A DNA stretch of 10,369 bases from Bacteroidia bacterium (GTDB lineage Bacteria > Bacteroidota > Bacteroidia > Bacteroidales > VadinHA17). The stretch is from positions 1 through 10,369 of the forward strand of contig JAPLDX010000107.1 of assembly GCA_026391215.1 (NCBI GenBank), in the 5' to 3' direction. Positions 7,666-10,369 of this stretch are shown piece after piece. The notes beneath the pieces were generated by a model. That model was not told where the DNA came from. It did not search any database and saw only the letters and a list, made by a program, of their open reading frames with translations. The stretch's first letter is position 1, and the number at the start of each line of letters is the position of its first letter. Position numbers and translations under genes: made by a program.

Positions 7666-7736
7666 CATGAGATTTTTAACTGCTTAAATACATCACCTTT
7701 TAACTGAATTTATGATATTTGACCAAACAAACGTAA

Positions 7737-9752
7737 ATGGATTTTAAGCTGGTATCGGATTTTGTTCCGACAGGCGATCAGCCGGAAGCTATTGATCAGC
7801 TTGTTGACGGACTCAGGAAAGGTGTCCCATTCCAGACCCTTCTCGGGGTTACTGGTTCCGGCAAAACCTTTACAATAGCAAATGTAGTAGAGAAAGTCAA
7901 CAGGCCTGTACTTGTGCTGAGCCATAATAAAACCCTGGCTGCCCAGCTTTACGGAGAATTCCGGCAGTTCTTCCCGGAAAACAGGGTTGAATATTTCGTC
8001 TCATATTATGACTATTACCAGCCGGAAGCTTACCTGCCGGTATCAGACATATACATAGAAAAAGACCTTTCAATTAATGAGGATATTGAAAAATTAAGAC
8101 TTAGCGCAACTTCATCACTTCTCTCAGGAAGAAGGGATGTGATTGTTGTATCCTCAGTTTCATGCATATATGGTATAGGTAATCCAGATGATTACCACTC
8201 AAATACAGTTCATGTAAAAACCGGACAAAACATAGGGAGAAATCATTTTCTCAGAAAACTGGTCGATAGCCTTTATTCACGTAACGAGCTTGAATTCAGA
8301 CATGGAACATTCAGGGTTCGCGGTGATACAGTGGATATTTACCCTGCTTATGCTGATATTGCAGTGAGGGTTGTCTTTTTCGGCGACCAGATTGAGGAGA
8401 TCAGTACTTTTGATCCTGTCGATGGGAACCGCCTGGAAACCCTTGATGAATATATTGTTTATCCGGCAAATATTTTTGTTACAACCCGTGAGAGAATAAA
8501 CCAGGCTATAGACCAGATACAGGATGACCTTGTACTTCAGATTACACATTTTAATGATATAGGGAAGAAAGAAGAAGCAAAGAGACTTGAGCAGAGAGTT
8601 TCGTACGACCTGGAAATGATAAAGGAACTTGGCTATTGCAGCGGAATAGAGAATTATTCACGTTATTTTGACGGGAGAAAATCAGGTACCAGACCATTCT
8701 GTCTGCTTGATTATTTTCCGGATGATTTCATTACAGTTATCGATGAAAGCCATGTAAGCATTCCGCAGATAAGAGGAATGTACGGAGGCGATCATTCGCG
8801 AAAACAAACACTTGTGGAATACGGATTCCGGCTGCCGGCAGCCCTGGATAACAGACCAATGCGCATTGAGGAATTTGAATCCCTTACCGGCCAGATAATA
8901 TTTGTCAGCGCCACCCCTGCTGATTATGAGCTTGAAAAGAGCGAAGGGGTATTTGTAGACCAGGTCATAAGGCCGACAGGGCTTCTTGATCCGCCTATTG
9001 AGGTGCGGCCAAGCATGAACCAGATCGCCAACCTGATGGATGAGATCAGGGAGAGGACTAAATCAGGAGAAAGAACTCTGGTCACTACTATAACAAAGAG
9101 AATGGCAGAGGAACTCACAAACTATTTCCTGAGATTCGATATAAAATGCCGTTATATCCATTCGGATGTTGACACCATAGAACGGATAGAAATCATGGAA
9201 GGACTTAGAGCAGGCGCATTTGATGTGCTTGTGGGAGTAAACCTGCTGAGAGAGGGACTGGATCTTCCGGAAGTATCCCTGGTAGCAATCCTGGATGCTG
9301 ATAAGGAAGGATTTCTGAGATCATCACGGTCGCTGACACAGACGGCAGGGAGAGCTGCCCGGAATCTTAACGGGAAAGTGATAATGTATGCTGATAAGAT
9401 AACCGGAAGCATGCAGATGACAATAAATGAGACCAACAGGAGGAGAGAAAAGCAATTGAAATATAACGAAAAGATGGGGATCACCCCTGCACAGATTCAC
9501 AGAAAAACAGGATCAATATTTACAGGACTGACGGGGAAAGGGGTCTCAGTAAAAGCTTATATTGAACCTGAACGGCCTGATATTGCAGCCGACCCGGTTG
9601 TGAAATATATGAACAGGGAAGCTCTCGAAAAGACAATCGAAAAGACAAGGAAGAATATGGAAAAAGCTTCTTCCGAGCTTAATTTTGTTGAAGCTGCACG
9701 ATTCAGGGATGAGATGACTGATCTTCAGAAATTGCTTAAATCCAAAGTATAA
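7737..9752 (+). CDS. uvrB: Excinuclease ABC subunit B
   Basis: PTGDQP, Walker A GVTGSGKT, HNKTLAAQLY, beta-hairpin YFVSYYDYYQPEAY, IDESH, GFRLP.A.DNRP, VSATP, NLLREGLDLPEV, QTAGRAARN and a C-terminal UVR coiled coil (FVEAARFRD). Confidence 0.98.
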   Translation: MDFKLVSDFVPTGDQPEAIDQLVDGLRKGVPFQTLLGVTGSGKTFTIANVVEKVNRPVLVLSHNKTLAAQLYGEFRQFFPENRVEYFVSYYDYYQPEAYLPVSDIYIEKDLSINEDIEKLRLSATSSLLSGRRDVIVVSSVSCIYGIGNPDDYHSNTVHVKTGQNIGRNHFLRKLVDSLYSRNELEFRHGTFRVRGDTVDIYPAYADIAVRVVFFGDQIEEISTFDPVDGNRLETLDEYIVYPANIFVTTRERINQAIDQIQDDLVLQITHFNDIGKKEEAKRLEQRVSYDLEMIKELGYCSGIENYSRYFDGRKSGTRPFCLLDYFPDDFITVIDESHVSIPQIRGMYGGDHSRKQTLVEYGFRLPAALDNRPMRIEEFESLTGQIIFVSATPADYELEKSEGVFVDQVIRPTGLLDPPIEVRPSMNQIANLMDEIRERTKSGERTLVTTITKRMAEELTNYFLRFDIKCRYIHSDVDTIERIEIMEGLRAGAFDVLVGVNLLREGLDLPEVSLVAILDADKEGFLRSSRSLTQTAGRAARNLNGKVIMYADKITGSMQMTINETNRRREKQLKYNEKMGITPAQIHRKTGSIFTGLTGKGVSVKAYIEPERPDIAADPVVKYMNREALEKTIEKTRKNMEKASSELNFVEAARFRDEMTDLQKLLKSKV

Positions 9753-9775
9753 GAAATTTTATTCCAGCCCTGGAA

Positions 9776-10369
9776 TCAACGGATTGCTGACCATTTTTTC
9801 TCACCACTGCTGTCCGTGACGATCCCTTCCATCCTGTCACCTGAAACCCGGCCGGTATAAAGCCGGTCATTTATTTTGAAGGTGATCTCTTCTCCCCGCA
9901 ACCTTCCATCTTTGATATATAATGATTTATCACCGCTGGTCAGCTTTCCATAGATCATCTGGAATTCCTGGTTAATAGAGAGTATATCCCCGTCCAGCTT
10001 CCAGTTTCCTCCTGCTTTGGCAGGAATAATCCAAAGTAAAGCCGTATTCCAGCTGTTCCAGTTTTCCATGGTTGTAACCTCATAATCGGATTCCCATTCA
10101 GCCATGGTAAATGTGTTTGAAACCACCCGTGTACCGGGTTTCAGCTCAAGGAGTTTTGGTCTTAACTTCAGGTTGATCTCGGGAAGAAGAAACATTGTTA
10201 TGACAGTTGCTTTAGATAGGTCATACTCAAAAAGATCGGCTTCTATGAACCTGGTCAGATGGCTCACACCTTCCTTCTCAGCATTTTTTATTGAGAGCTC
10301 TACCATATCATGATTATATTCAATGCCGACAGCATAGGCGCCTCTTTTAGCAGCTGAGATAACGGTCCG
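9776..10369 (-). CDS. Class I SAM-dependent methyltransferase with C-terminal beta-rich extension (partial, start lies beyond the right edge)
   Basis: The frame stays open past the track's Met at 10306 to the window end: RTVISAAKRGAYAVGIEYNHDMVELS...FIEADLFEYDLSKATVITMFLLPEINLKLRPKLLELKPGTRVVSNTF. This is the region following motif I (DLGxGDG, expected just outside the window), including the acidic motif II residue and LKPG. Confidence 0.85.
   Translation of the reverse strand, partial: RTVISAAKRGAYAVGIEYNHDMVELSIKNAEKEGVSHLTRFIEADLFEYDLSKATVITMFLLPEINLKLRPKLLELKPGTRVVSNTFTMAEWESDYEVTTMENWNSWNTALLWIIPAKAGGNWKLDGDILSINQEFQMIYGKLTSGDKSLYIKDGRLRGEEITFKINDRLYTGRVSGDRMEGIVTDSSGEKKWSAIR

Larger units (their letters stand above)
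6659..7670. mobile_element. RAYT-REP cassette between the rpoD terminator and uvrB
   Basis: A Y1 transposase gene enclosed by cognate-looking hairpin repeats sits within otherwise housekeeping sequence. Mobility of the cassette itself is not shown, and no target-site duplication is evident. Confidence 0.7.

Noticed and set aside
933-10313. Remaining short ORFs in the track (e.g. 933-1115, 2354-2876 set, 3193-3987 set, 4483-4734, 5008-5217, 5366-5677, 5791-6440 set, 7710-7925, 8277-9484 set, 10104-10313)
   Set aside because: All are antisense or alternate-frame shadows of well-supported housekeeping genes and have no recognisable motifs.

Overview
This is a Bacteroidota (probably Bacteroidales-like) chromosomal segment made up mostly of housekeeping genes. 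On the minus strand there is a run of dapF, rlmN, dacB and a partial DUF362 gene. Diverging from it are htrA/degP and the short Bacteroidota primary sigma factor, which has a consensus -33/-7 promoter and a terminator. After these come uvrB and a partial convergent SAM-dependent methyltransferase. The accessory part lies between the sigma-factor terminator and uvrB: an intact Y1/HUH REP-associated tyrosine transposase (RAYT/TnpA-REP-like, 6929-7495, minus strand) flanked by eight 28-nt hairpin repeats. The repeats are of two covarying types, both with a 5' CAGCT foot instead of the canonical GTAG, and are arranged as [A-A-B]x2 - RAYT - [A-B]. A second, unrelated palindromic element built from 10-bp CACAGAGT-type units fills the dapF-rlmN intergenic space. 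All calls come from reading the sequence; no database searches were run.
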